From positions 76,942,001 through 77,006,000 of the forward strand of contig OZ024745.1 in NCBI GenBank assembly GCA_964016885.1: a stretch of DNA of 64,000 nucleotides. The letters run 5' to 3'. Under the pieces are notes generated by a model, which was not told where the DNA came from, did no database searches, and worked only from the letters and a program-made list of their open reading frames with translations. Within the stretch, counting starts at the first letter, position 1. Each line of letters opens with the position of its first letter. The position numbers were made by a program, and so were the translations under genes. Source of the stretch: Eledone cirrhosa (taxonomy: Eukaryota). Shown here piece after piece: positions 12,630-25,600 of this stretch.

Positions 12630-15600
12630 TGGTAGTGGTCTCATGGTAGTGGTATCTTGGTAGTGGTCTATTGGTAGTGGTCTCTTGGTAGTGTTCTCTT
12701 GGTAGTGGTCTCTTGGTAGTGGTCTGTTGGTAGTTGTCTCTTGGTAGTGGTCTCTTGGTAGTGGTATCTTGGTAGTGGTCTCTTGGTAGTGGTCTCTTGG
12801 TAGTGGTGTCTTGGTTGTGGTCTCTTGGTAGTGGTCTTTTGGTAGTGGTCTCTTGGTAGTGGTCTCTTGGTAGTGGTCTCTTGGGAGTGGTCTCTTGGTA
12901 GTGTTCTCTTGGTAAGGGTCTCTTGGTAGTGGTCTATTGGTAGTGTTCTCTTTGTAGTGTTCTCTTGGTAGTGTTCTCTTTGTAGTGGTCTCTTGCTAGT
13001 GTTCTCTTGGTAGTGGTCTCTTGGTAGTTTTCTCTTGGTAGTGGTCTCTGGGTAGTGTTCTCTTGGTAGTGGTTTCTTGGTAGTGGTCTATTGGTAGTGG
13101 TCTCTGGGTAGTGTTCTCTTGGTAGTGGTCCCTTTGTAGTGTTCTCTTGGTACTGGTCTCTTGGTAGTGTTCTCTTGGTAGTGGTCTCTTGGTAGTAGTC
13201 TCTTGGTTGTGTTCTCTTGGTAGTGGTCTCTTGGTAGCGATCTTTTGGTAGTGGTCTCTTGGTAGTTGTCTCTTGGTAGTGTTCTCTTGGTAGTGGTCTC
13301 ATGGTAGTCGTCTCTTGGTAGTGGTCTCTTGGTAGTGCTCTATTGGTAGTGGTCTATTGGTAGTGGTCTCTTGGTAGTGGTCTCTTGGTAGTGGTCTATT
13401 GGTAACGATCTTTTGGTAGTGGTCTCTTGGTAGTGGTCTCTTGGTAGTGTTCTCTTGGTAATGGTTTCTTGGTTGTGTTCTGTTGGTAGTCGTCTCTTGG
13501 TAGTGGTCCTTTGGTAGTGGTCTCTTGGTAGTGGTCTCTTGGTAGTGGTCTCTTGGTAGTTGTCTATTGGTAGTGGTCTTTTGGTAGTGGTCTCTTGGTA
13601 GTGGTCCCTTGGTAGTGTTCTCCTGGTAGTGGTCTCTTGGTAGTGGTCTCTTGTTAGTGGTCTCTTAATAGGGGTCTCTTGGTAGTGTTCTCTTGGTAGT
13701 GGTCTCTTGGTAGGGGTGTCTTGGTAGTGGTCTCTTGGTAGTGGTCTTTTGGGAGTGTTCTCTTGGTAGTGGTCCCTTGGTAGCGGTCTTTTCGTTGTGG
13801 TCTCTTGGTAGTGGTCTCTTGGTAGTGGCCCCTTGTTAGTGGTCTCTTGGTAGCGGTCTCTTGGTAGTGGTCTCTCGGTTGTAGTCTATTGGTAGTGGTC
13901 TCTTGGTAGTGATCTCTTGGTAGTGGTCTCTTGGTAGTGGTCCCATGGTAGTGTTCTCTTGGTAGTCATCTCTTGGTAGTGTTCTCTTGGTAGTGGTATC
14001 TTGGTAGTGGTCTCTTGGTAGTGTTCTCTTGGTAGTGGTCCCTTGGTAGTGTTCTCTTGGTAGTCATATCTTGGTAGTGTTCTCTTGGTAGTGGTCTCTT
14101 GATAGTGGTCTATTGGGAGTGGTCTCTTGATTGTGGTCTCCTGGTTGCGGTTTCTTGGTAGTGGTCTCTTGGTAGTGTCTCTTGGTAGTGGTCTCTTCGT
14201 AGTGGTCTCTCGGTATTGGTGTCTTGGTAGTGGTCTCTTGGTAGTCTTCTCTTGGTAGTGTTCTCTTGGTAGTGGTCTCTTCGTAGTGTTCTCTTGGTAG
14301 TGTTTTCTTGGTAGTGTTCTCTTCGCAGTGCTCTCTTGGTAGTGGTCTCTTGGTAGTGGTCTGTTGGTAGTGGTCTCTAGGTAGTGGTCTCTTGGTAGTG
14401 GTCCCCTGGTAGTGGTCTCTTGGTAGTGGTCTCTTGGTAGTGGTCTCTTGATAGTGGTCTATTGGTAGTGGCCTCTTGGTAGTGGTCTCTTGGTAGTGTT
14501 CTCTTTGTAGTGGTATCTTGGTAGTGGTCTCATGGTAGTGTTCTCTTGGTAGTGCTCTCTTGGCAGTGGTCCCTTGGTAGTGTTCTCTTGGTAGTGGTCT
14601 CTTGGTAGTGGTCCCTTGCTATTGGTCTATTGGTAGTGGTCTACTGGTAGTGGTCTCTTAGTAATGGTCTTTTGGTAGTGGTCTCTAGTTAGTGGTCTCT
14701 TGGTTGTGGCCTCTTGGTAGTGGTCTCTTGGTAGTGGTCTATTGGTAGTGGTCTCTTGGTTGTGGTCTCTTGACAGTGGTCTCTTGGCAGTGGTCTCTTG
14801 GTAGTGGTCTCTTGGTAGTGGTCTCTTGGTAGTGGTCTCTTGGTAGTGGTCTCTTGCTGGTGGTCTATTGGTAGTGGTCTCTTGGTAGTTGTCTCTTGGT
14901 AGTGGTATCTTGGTAGTGGTCTCCTGGTAGTTGTCTCTTGGTAGTGGTCTCATGGTAGTGGTATCTTGGTAGTGGTCTATTGGTAGTGGTCTCTTGGTAG
15001 TGTTCTCTTGGTAGTGGTCTCTTGGTAGTGGTCTGTTGGTAGTTGTCTCTTGGTAGTGGTCTCTTGGTAGTGGTATCTTGGTAGTGGTCTCTTGGTAGTG
15101 GTCTCTTGGTAGTGGTGTCTTGGTTGTGGTCTCTTGGTAGTGGTCTTTTGGTAGTGGTCTCTTGGTAGTGGTCTCTTGGTAGTGGTCTCTTGGGAGTGGT
15201 CTCTTGGTAGTGTTCTCTTGGTAAGGGTCTCTTGGTAGTGGTCTATTGGTAGTGTTCTCTTTGTAGTGTTCTCTTGGTAGTGTTCTCTTTGTAGTGGTCT
15301 CTTGCTAGTGTTCTCTTGGTAGTGGTCTCTTGGTAGTGGTCTCTTGGTAGTGGTCTCTGGGTAGTGTTCTCTTGGTAGTGGTTTCTTGGTAGTGGTCTAT
15401 TGGTAGTGGTCTCTGGGTAGTGTTCTCTTGGTAGTGGTCCCTTTGTAGTGTTCTCTTGGTACTGGTCTCTTGGTAGTGTTCTCTTGGTAGTGGTCTCTTG
15501 GTAGTAGTCTCTTGGTTGTGTTCTCTTGGTAGTGGTCTCTTGGTAGCGATCTTTTGGTAGTGGTCTCTTGGTAGTTGTCTCTTGGTAGTGTTCTCTTGGT

Positions 15601-17180
15601 AGTGGTCTCATGGTAGTCGTCTCTTGGTAGTGGTCTCTTGGTAGTGGTCTATTGGTAGTGGTCTATTGGTAGTGGTCTCTTGGTAGTGGTCTCTTGGTAG
15701 TGGTCTATTGGTAACGATCTTTTGGTAGTGGTCTCTTGGTAGTGGTCTCTTGGTAGTGTTCTCTTGGTAATGGTTTCTTGGTTGTGTTCTGTTGGTAGTC
15801 GTCTCTTGGTAGTGGTCCTTTGGTAGTGGTCTCTTGGTAGTGGTCTCTTGGTAGTGGTTTCTTGGTAGTTGTCTATTGGTAGTGGTCTTTTGGTAGTGGT
15901 CTCTTGGTAGTGGTCCCTTGGTAGTGTTCTCTTGGTAGTGGTCTCTTGGTAGTGGTCTCTTGTTAGTGGTCTCTTAATAGGGGTCTCTTGGTAGTGTTCT
16001 CTTGGTAGTGGTCTCTTGGTAGGGGTGTCTTGGTAGTGGTCTCTTGGTAGTGGTCTTTTGGGAGTGTTCTCTTGGTAGTGGTCCCTTGGTAGCGGTCTTT
16101 TCGTTGTGGCCTCTTGGTAGTGGTCTCTTGGTAGTGGCCTCTTGTTAGTGGTCTCTTGGTAGCGGTCTCTTGGTAGTGGTCTCTCGGTTGTAGTCTATTG
16201 GTAGTGGTCTCTTGGTAGTGATATCTTGGTAGTGGTCTCTTGGTAGTGGTCCCATGGTAGTGTTCTCTTGGTAGTCATCTCTTGGTAGTGTTCTCTTGGT
16301 AGTGGTATCTTGGTAGTGGTCTCTTGGTAGTGTTCTCTTGGTAGTGGTCCCTTGGTAGTGTTCTCTTTGTAGTCATATCTTGGTAGTGTTCTCTTGGTAG
16401 TGGTCTCTTGATAGTGGTCTATTGGGAGTGGTCTCTTGATTGTGGTCTCCTGGTTGCGGTTTCTTGGTAGTGGTCTCTTGGTAGTGTCTCTTGGTAGTGG
16501 TCTCTTTGTAGTGGTCTCTCGGAATTGGTGTCTTGGTAGTGGTCTCTTGGTAGTCTTCTCTTGGTAGTGTTCTCTTGGTAGTGGTCTCTTCGTAGTGTTC
16601 TCTTGGTAGTGTTCTCTTGGTAGTGTTCTCTTCGCAGTGCTCTCTTGGTAGTGGTCTCTTGGTAGTGGTCTGTTGGTAGTGGTCTCTAGGTAGTGGTCTC
16701 TTGGTAGTGGTCCCCTGGTAGTGGTTTCTTGGTAGTGGTCTCTTGGTAGTGGTCTCTTGATAGTGGTCTATTGGTAGTGGCCTCTTGGTAGTGGTCTCTT
16801 GGTAGTGTTCTCTTTGTAGTGGTATCTTGGTAGTGGTCTCATGGTAGTGTTCTCTTGGTAGTGCTCTCTTGGCAGTGGTCCCTTGGTAGTGTTCTCTTGG
16901 TAGTGGTCTCTTGGTAGTGGTCCCTTGCTATTGGTCTATTGGTAGTGGTCTACTGGTAGTGGTCTCTTAGTAATGGTCTTTTGGTAGTGGTCTCTTGGTA
17001 GTGGTCTCTTGGTTGTGGCCTCTTGGTAGTGGTCTCTTGGTAGTGGTCTATTGGTAGTGGTCTCTTGGTTGTGGTCTCTTGACAGTGGTCTCTTGGCAGT
17101 GGTCTCTTGGTAGTGGTCTCTTGGTAGTGGTCTCTTGGTAGTGGTCTCTTGGTAGTGGTCTCTTGCTGGTGGTCTATTGG
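12630..17180 (+). repeat. 2,309-bp higher-order tandem duplication (two copies, junction near 14940)
   Basis: ORF 12934 vs 15243; CATGGTAGTGGTATC at 12642 and 14951. 2309 = 165x14 - 1, with one 13-bp monomer near 14176 and its partner near 16485. Confidence 0.88.
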
Positions 17181-18959
17181 TAGTGGTCTCTTGGTAGTGT
17201 TCTCTTGGTAGTGGTCCCTAGGTAGTGTTCTCTTGGTAGTGGTCTCTTGGTAGTGTTCTCTTGGTAGTGGTCTCTTGGTAGTTGTCCCTTGGTAGTGGTC
17301 TCTTGGTGGTGGTCTCTTGGTAGTGGTCTCCTGGTGGTGGTCTCTTGGTAGTGGTCTCTTGGTAGTGGTCTCTTGGTTGAGGCCTCTTGGTAGTCGTCTC
17401 TTGGTAGTGGTCTCTTGGTAGTGGTTTCTAGGTAGTGGTCTCTTGGTAGTGGTCTCTTGGTAATCGTGTCTTGGTAGTGGTCTCTTGGTAGTGGTCTCTT
17501 GGTAATCGTGTCTTGGAAGTGGTCTCTTGATAGTGGTCTCTTGGTAGTGGTCTCTTGGTAGTGGTCTCTTGGTAGTGGTCTCTTGGTAGTGGTCTCTTGG
17601 GAGTGTTCTCTTTGTAGTGCTCTCTTGGTAGTGGTCTCTTGGTAGTGTTCCCGTGGTAGTGGTCTCTTGGTAGTGATCTCCTGGTAGTGGTCTCTTGGGA
17701 GTGGTCTGTTGGTAGTGTTCTCTTGGTAGTGTTGTCTTGGTAGTAGTCTCTTGGTAGTGGTCCCTTGGTAGTGGTCTTTTGGTAGTGGTCACGTGGTAGT
17801 GGTCTCTTGGTAGTGGTCTTTTGGAAGTGGTCTCTTGGTAGTGGTCTCTTCGTTGTGGCCTCTTGGTAGTGGTCTCTTGGTAGTGGTCTCTTGGTAGTGG
17901 TCTCTTGGTAGTGGTCTCTTGGTAGTGGTTTCTTGGTAGTGGTCTCTTGGTAGTGGTCTCTTCGTAATGGTGTCTTGGTAGTGGCTTCTTGATAGTGCTC
18001 TCTTGGTAGTGGTCTCTTGGTAGTGGTCTGTTGGTAGTTGTCTCTTGGTAGTGTTCTCTTGGTAGTGGTATCTTGGTAGTGGTCTATTGGTAGTGGTCTC
18101 TTGGTAGTGTTCTCTTGGTAGTGGTCCCTTGGTAGTGGTCTCTTGGTAGTGGTCCCTTGGTAGTGGTCTCTTGGTAGTGGTCTACTGGTAGTGGTCTCTT
18201 AGTAGTGGTCTCTTGGTAGTGGTCTCTTGATAGTGGTCTCTTGGTAGTAGTTTCTTGGTAGTGGTCTCTTGGTAGTGGTCTATTGGTAGTGGTCTGTTGG
18301 TAGTGGTCTCTTGGTAGTGGTGTCTTGGTAGTTGTCTCTTGGTAGTGGTCTTTTGGTAGTGGTGTCTTGGTAGTGGTCTCTTGGTAGTGGTCTCTTGGTA
18401 GTGGTCTATTGGTAGTGGTCTGTTGGTAGTGGTCTCTTGGTAGTGGTGTCTTGGTAGTGGTCTCTTGGTAGTGGTCTTTTGGTAGTGGTCTCTTGGTAGT
18501 GGTCTCTTGGTAGTGGTCTCTTGGGAGTGGTCTCTTGGTAGTGTTCTCTTGGTAAGGGTCTCTTGGTAGTGGTCTTCTTGGTAGTGGTCTCTTGGTAGTG
18601 GTCTCTTGGTAGTGTTCTCTTGGTAGTGTTCTCTTGGTAGTGGTCTCTTGGTAGTGGTCCCTATGTAGTGGTCGCTTGGTAGTCGTGTCTTGGTAGTGGT
18701 CTCTTGGTAGTGGTCTTTTGGTAGTGGTCTCTTGGTAGTGGTCTCTCGGTAGTGGCTTCTTGATAGTGCTCTCTTGGTAGTGGTCTCTTGGTAAGGGTCT
18801 CTTGGTAGTGGTCTTCTTGGTAGTGGTCTATTGGTAGTGGTGTCTTGGTAGTGTTCTCTTGGTAGTGTTCTCTTGGTAGTGTTCTCTTGGTAGTGTTCTC
18901 TTTGTAGTGGTCTCTTGCTAGTGTTCTCTTGGTAGTGGTCTCTTGGTAGTGGTCTCTTG

Positions 18960-21900
18960 GTAGTGGTCTCTTGGTAGTGGTCTCTTGGTAGTGTTCACTT
19001 GGTAGTCATCTCTTGATAGTGTTCTCTTGGTAGTGGTATCTTGGTAATGGTCTCTTGGTAGTGTTCTCTTGGTAGTGGTCCCTTGGTAGTGTTCTCTTGG
19101 TAGTGCTATCTTGGTAGTGTTCTCTTGGTAGTGGTCTCTTGATAGTAGTCTATTGGGAGTGGTCTCTTGATTGTGGTCTCCTGGTTGCGGGTTCTTGGTA
19201 GTGGTCTCTTGGTAGTGGTCTCTTGGTAGTGGTCTCTTCGTAGTGGTCTCTCGATATTTGTGTCTTGGTAGTGGTCTCTTGGTAGTCTTCTCTTGGTAGT
19301 GTTCTCTTGGTAGTGGTCTCTTCGCAGTGCTCTCTTGGTAGTGGTCTCTTGGTAGTGGTCTGTTGGTAGTGGTCTGTTGGTAGTGGTCTATTGGTAATGG
19401 TCTCTAGGTAGTGGTCTCTTGGTAGTGGTCCCTTGGTAGTGGTCTCTTGGTAGTGGTCTCTTGGTAGTGGTCTCTTGATAGTGGTCTATTGGTAGTGGCC
19501 TCTTGGTAGTGGTCTCTTGGTAGTGTTCTCTTTGTAGTGGTATCTAGGTAGTGGTCTCATGGTAGTGTTCTCTTGGTAGTGCTCTCTTGGCAGTGGTCCC
19601 TTGGTAGTGTTCTCTTGGTAGTGGTCTCTTGGTAGTGGTCCCTTGGTATTGGTCTCTTGGTAGTGGTCTACTGGTAGTGGTCTCTTAGTAGTGGTCTTTT
19701 GGTAGTGGTTTCTTGGTAGTGGTCTCTTGGTAGTGGCCTCTTGGTAGTGGTCTCTTGGTAGATGTCTGTTGGTAGTGGTCTGTTGGTAGTGGTCTCTGGG
19801 TAGTGGTTTCTTGGTAGTGGTCTCTTGGTAGTGGTCTATTGGTAGTGGTCTCTTGGTTGTGGTCTCTTGACAGTGGTCTCTTGGTAGTGGTCTCTTGGTA
19901 GTGGTCTCTTGGTAGTGGTCTCTTGGTAGTGGTCTCTTGGTAGTGGTCTCTTGCTGGTGGTCTATTTGTAGTGGTCTCTTGGTAGTGTTGTCTTGGTAGT
20001 GGTCCCTAGGTAGTGTTCTCTTGGTAGTGGTCTCTTGGTTGTGGCCTCTTGGTAGTCGTCTCTTGGTAGTGGTCTCTTGGTAGTAGTCTCTTGGTAGTGG
20101 TCTCTTGCTAGTGGTTTCTTGGTAGTGGTCTCTTGGTAGTGGTCTCTTGGTAATCGTGTCTTGGTAGTGGTCACTTGGTAGTGGTCTCTTGGTAATCGTG
20201 TCTTGGTAGTGGTCTCTTGATAGTGGTCTCTTGGTAGTGGTCTCTTGGTAGTGGTCTGTTGGTAGTGGTCTCTTGGTAGTGGTCTCTTGGGAGTTTTCTC
20301 TTTGTAGTGCCCTCTTGGTAGTGGTCTCTTGGTAGTGTTCCCTTGGTAGTGGTCTCTTGGTAGTGGTCTCCTGGTAGTGGTCTCTTGGGAGTGGTCTGTT
20401 GGTAGTAGTCTCTTGGTAGTGGTCCCATGGTAGTGTTCTCTTGGTAGTCATCTCTTGGTAGTGTTCTCTTGGTAGTGGTATCTTGGTAGTGGTCTCTTGG
20501 TAGTGTTCTCTTGGTAGTGGTCCCTTGGTAGTGTTCTCTTGGTAGTCATATCTTGGTAGTGTTCTCTTGGTAGTGGTCTCTTGATAGTGGTCTATTGGGA
20601 GTGGTCTCTTGATTGTGGTCTCCTGGTTGCGGTTTCTTGGTAGTGGTCTCTTGGTAGTGTCTCTTGGTAGTGGTCTCTTCGTAGTGGTCTCTCGGTATTG
20701 GTGTCTTGGTAGTGGTCTCTTGGTAGTCTTCTCTTGGTAGTGTTCTCTTGGTAGTGGTCTCTTCGTAGTGTTCTCTTGGTAGTGGTCTCTTGGTAGTGGT
20801 CTCTTGGTAGTGGTCTCTTGGTAGTGGTCTCTTGGTAGTGTTCACTTGGTAGTCATCTCTTGATAGTGTTCTCTTGGTAGTGGTATCTTGGTAGTGGTCT
20901 CTTGGTAGTGTTCTCTTGGTAGTGGTCCCTTGGTAGTGTTCTCTTGGTAGTGCTATCTTGGTAGTGTTCTCTTGGTAGTGGTCTCTTGATAGTAGTCTAT
21001 TGGGAGTGGTCTCTTGATTGTGGTCTCCTGGTTGCGGGTTCTTGGTAGTGGTCTCTTGGTAGTGGTCTCTTGGTAGTGGTCTCTTCGTAGTGGTCTCTCG
21101 ATATTTGTGTCTTGGTAGTGGTCTCTTGGTAGTCTTCTCTTGGTAGTGTTCTCTTGGTAGTGGTCTCTTCGCAGTGCTCTCTTGGTAGTGGTCTCTTGGT
21201 AGTGGTCTGTTGGTAGTGGTCTGTTGGTAGTGGTCTATTGGTAATGGTCTCTAGGTAGTGGTCTCTTGGTAGTGGTCCCTTGGTAGTGGTCTCTTGGTAG
21301 TGGTCTCTTGGTAGTGGTCTCTTGATAGTGGTCTATTGGTAGTGGCCTCTTGGTAGTGGTCTCTTGGTAGTGTTCTCTTTGTAGTGGTATCTAGGTAGTG
21401 GTCTCATGGTAGTGTTCTCTTGGTAGTGCTCTCTTGGCAGTGGTCCCTTGGTAGTGTTCTCTTGGTAGTGGTCTCTTGGTAGTGGTCCCTTGGTATTGGT
21501 CTCTTGGTAGTGGTCTACTGGTAGTGGTCTCTTAGTAGTGGTCTTTTGGTAGTGGTTTCTTGGTAGTGGTCTCTTGGTTGTGGCCTCTTGGTAGTGGTCT
21601 CTTGGTAGATGTCTGTTGGTAGTGGTCTGTTGGTAGTGGTCTCTGGGTAGTGGTTTCTTGGTAGTGGTCTCTTGGTAGTGGTCTATTGGTAGTGGTCTCT
21701 TGGTTGTGGTCTCTTGACAGTGGTCTCTTGGTAGTGGTCTCTTGGTAGTGGTCTCTTGGTAGTGGTCTCTTGGTAGTGGTCTCTTGGTAGTGGTCTCTTG
21801 CTGGTGGTCTATTTGTAGTGGTCTCTTGGTAGTGTTGTCTTGGTAGTGGTCCCTAGGTAGTGTTCTCTTGGTAGTGGTCTCTTGGTTGTGGCCTCTTGGT

Positions 21901-22610
21901 AGTCGTCTCTTGGTAGTGGTCTCTTGGTAGTAGTCTCTTGGTAGTGGTCTCTTGCTAGTGGTTTCTTGGTAGTGGTCTCTTGGTAGTGGTCTCTTGGTAA
22001 TCGTGTCTTGGTAGTGGTCACTTAGTAGTGGTCTCTTGGTAATCGTGTCTTGGTAGTGGTCTCTTGATAGTGGTCTCTTGGTAGTGGTCTCTTGGTAGTG
22101 GTCTGTTGGTAGTGGTCTCTTGGTAGTGGTCTCTTGGGAGTTTTCTCTTTGTAGTGCTCTCTTGGTAGTGGTCTCTTGGTAGTGTTCCCTTGGTAGTGGT
22201 CTCTTGGTAGTGGTCTCCTGGTAGTGGTCTCTTGGGAGTGGTCTGTTGGTAGTAGTCTCTTGGTAGTGGTCCCATGGTAGTGTTCTCTTGGTAGTCATCT
22301 CTTGGTAGTGTTCTCTTGGTAGTGGTATCTTGGTAGTGGTCTCTTGGTAGTGTTCTCTTGGTAGTGGTCCCTTGGTAGTGTTCTCATGGTTGTCATATCT
22401 TGGTAGTGTTCTCTTGGTAGTGGTCTCTTGATAGTGGTCTATTGGGAGTGGTCTCTTGATTGTGGTCTCCTGGTTGCGGTTTCTTGGTAGTGGTCTCTTG
22501 GTAGTGTCTCTTGGTAGTGGTCTCTTCGTAGTGGTCTCTCGGTATTGGTGTCTTGGTAGTGGTCTCTTGGTAGTCTTCTCTTGGTAGTGTTCTCTTGGTA
22601 GTGGTCTCTT
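18960..22610 (+). repeat. 1,847-bp higher-order tandem duplication (two copies)
   Basis: TTCAC landmark at 18994 and 20841; ORF pairs 19486/21333 and 19962/21809. 1847 = 132x14 - 1. Confidence 0.88.
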
Positions 22611-25600
22611 GGTAGTGGTCCCTTGCTATTGGTCCATTGGTAGTGGTCTACTGGTAGTGGTCTCTTAGTAATGGTCTTTTGGTAGTGGTCTCTTGGTAGT
22701 GGTCTCTTGGTTGTGGCCTCTTGGTAGTGGTCTCTTGGTAGTGGTCTATTGGTAGTGGTCTCTTGGTTGTGGTCTCTTGACAGTGGTCTCTTGGCAGTGG
22801 TCTCTTGGTAGTGGTCTCTTGGTAGTGGTCTCTTGGTAGAGGTCTCTTGGTAGTGGTCTCTTGCTGGTGGTCTATTGGTAGTGGTCTCTTGGTAGTGTTC
22901 TCTTGGTAGTGGTCCCTAGGTAGTGTTCTCTTGGTAGTGGTCTCTTGGTAGTGTTCTCTTGGTAGTGGTCTCTTGGTAGTGGTCCCTTGGTAGTGGTCTC
23001 TTGGTGGTGGTCTCTTGGTAGTGGTCTCTTGGTGGTGGTCTCTTGGTAGTGGTCTCTTGGTAGTGATCTCTTGGTTGAGGCCTCTTGGTAGTCGTCTCTT
23101 GGTAGTGGTCTCTTGGTAGTGGTTTCTAGGTAGTGGTCTCTTGGTAGTGGTCTCTTGGTAATCGTGACTTGGTAGTGGTCTCTTGGTAGTGGTCTCTTGG
23201 TAATCGTGTCTTGGAAGTGGTCTCTTGATAGTGGTCTCTTGGTAGTGGTCTCTTGGTAGTGGTCTCTTGGTAGTGGTCTCTTGGTAGTGGTCTCTTGGGA
23301 GTGTTCTCTTTGTAATGCTCTCTTGGTAGTGGTCTCTTGGTAGTGTTCCCTTGGTAGTGGTCTCTTGGTAGTGGTCTCCTGGTAGTGGTCTCTTGGGAGT
23401 GGTCTGTTGGTAGTGTTCTCTTGGTAGTGTTGTCTTGGTAGTAGTCTCTTGGTAGTGGTCCCTTGGTAGTGGTCTTTTGGTAGTGGTCTCGTGGTAGTGG
23501 TCTCTTGGTAGTGGTCTTTTGGAAGTGGTCTCTTGGTAGTGGTCTCTTCGTTGTGGCCTCTTGGTAGTGGTCTCTTGGTAGTGGTCTCTTGGTAGTGGTC
23601 TCTTGGTAGTGGTCTCTTGGTAGTGGTTTCTTGGTAGTGGTCTCTTGGTAGTGGTCTCTTGGTAATGGTGTCTTGGTAGTGGCTTCTTGATAGTGCTCTC
23701 TTGGTAGTGGTCTCTTGGTAGTGGTCTGTTGGTAGTTGTCTCTTGGTAGTGTTCTCTTGGTAGTGGTATCTTGGTAGTGGTCTATTGGTAGTGGTCTCTT
23801 GGTAGTGTTCTCTTGGTAGTGGTCCCTTGGTAGTGGTCTCTTGGTAGTGGTCTACTGGTAGTGGTCTCTTAGTAGTGGTCTCTTGGTAGTGGTCTCTTGG
23901 TAGTGGTCTCTTGGTAGTAGTTTCTTGGTAGTGGTCTCTTGGTAGTGGTCTATTGGTAGTGGTCTGTTGGTAGTGGTCTCTTGGTAGTGGTGTCTTGGTA
24001 GTGGTCTCTTGGTAGTGGTCTCTTGGTAGTGGTGTCTTGGTAGTGGTCTCTTGGTAGTGGTCTCTTGGTAGTGGTCTATTGGTAGTGGTCTGTTGGTAGT
24101 GGTCTCTTGGTAGTGGTGTCTTGGTAGTGGTCTCTTGGTAGTGGTCTTTTGGTAGTGGTCTCTTGGTAGTGGTCTCTTGGTAGTGGTCTCTTGGGAGTGG
24201 TCTCTTGGTAGTGTTCTCTTGGTAAGGGTCTCTTGGTAGTGGTCTCTTGGTAGTGGTCTCTTGGTAGTGGTCTCTTGGTAGTGTTCTCTTGGTAGTGTTC
24301 TCTTGGTAGTGGTCTCTTGGTAGTGGTCCCTATGTAGTGGTCGCTTGGTAGTCGTGTCTTGGTAGTGGTCTCTTGGTAGTGGTCTTTTGGTAGTGGTCTC
24401 TTGGTAGTGGTCTCTCGGTAGTGGCTTCTTGATAGTGCTCTCTTGGTAGTGGTCTCTTGGTAGTGGTCCCTTGGTAGTGGTCGCTGGATAGTAGTCTATT
24501 GGTAGGGGTGTCTTGGTAGTGTTCTCTTGGTAGTGTTCTCTTGGTAGTGTTCTCTTGGTAGTGTTCTCTTTGTAGTGGTCTCTTGCTAGTGTTCTCTTGG
24601 TAGTGGTCTCTTGGTAGTGGTCTCTTGGTAGTGGTCTCTTGGTAGTGGTCTCTTGGTAGTGTTCACTTGGTAGTCATCTCTTGATAGTGTTCTCTTGGTA
24701 GTGGTATCTTGGTAGTGGTCTCTTGGTAGTGTTCTCTTGGTAGTGGTCCCTTGGTAGTGTTCTCTTGGTAGTGCTATCTTGGTAGTGTTCTCTTGGTAGT
24801 GGTCTCTTGATAGTAGTCTATTGGGAGTGGTCTCTTGATTGTGGTCTCCTGGTTGCGGGTTCTTGGTAGTGGTCTATTGGTAGTGGTCTCTTGGTAGTGG
24901 TCTCTTCGTAGTGGTCTCTCGATATTTGTGTCTTGGTAGTGGTCTCTTGGTAGTCTTCTCTTGGTAGTGTTCTCTTGGTAGTGGTCTCTTCGCAGTGCTC
25001 TCTTGGTATAGGTCTCTTGGTAGTGGTCTGTTGGTAGTGGTCTGTTGGTAGTGGTCTATTGGTAATGGTCTCTAGGTAGTGGTCTCTTGGTAGTGGTCCC
25101 TTGGTAGTGGTCTCTTGGTAGTGGTCTCTTGGTAGTGGTCTCTTGATAGTGGTCTATTGGTAGTGGCCTCTTGGTAGTGGTCTCTTGGTAGTGTTCTCTT
25201 TGTAGTGGTATCTAGGTAGTGGTCTCATGGTAGTGTTCTCTTGGTAGTGCTCTCTTGGCAGTGGTCCCTTGGTAGTGTTCTCTTGGTAGTGGTCTCTTGG
25301 TAGTGGTCCCTTGGTATTGGTGTCTTGATAGTGGTCTACTGGTAGTGGTCTCTTAGTAGTGGTCTTTTGGTAGTGGTTTCTTGGTAGTGGTCTCTTGGTT
25401 GTGGCCTCTTGGTAGTGGTCTCTTGGTAGATGTCTGTTGGTAGTGGTCTGTTGGTAGTGGTCTCTGGGTAGTGGTTTCTTGGTAGTGGTCTCTTGGTAGT
25501 GGTCTATTGGTAGTGGTCTCTTGGTTGTGGTCTCTTGACAGTGGTCTCTTGGTAGTGGTCTCTTGGTAGTGGTCTCTTGGTAGTGGTCTCTTGGTAGTGG

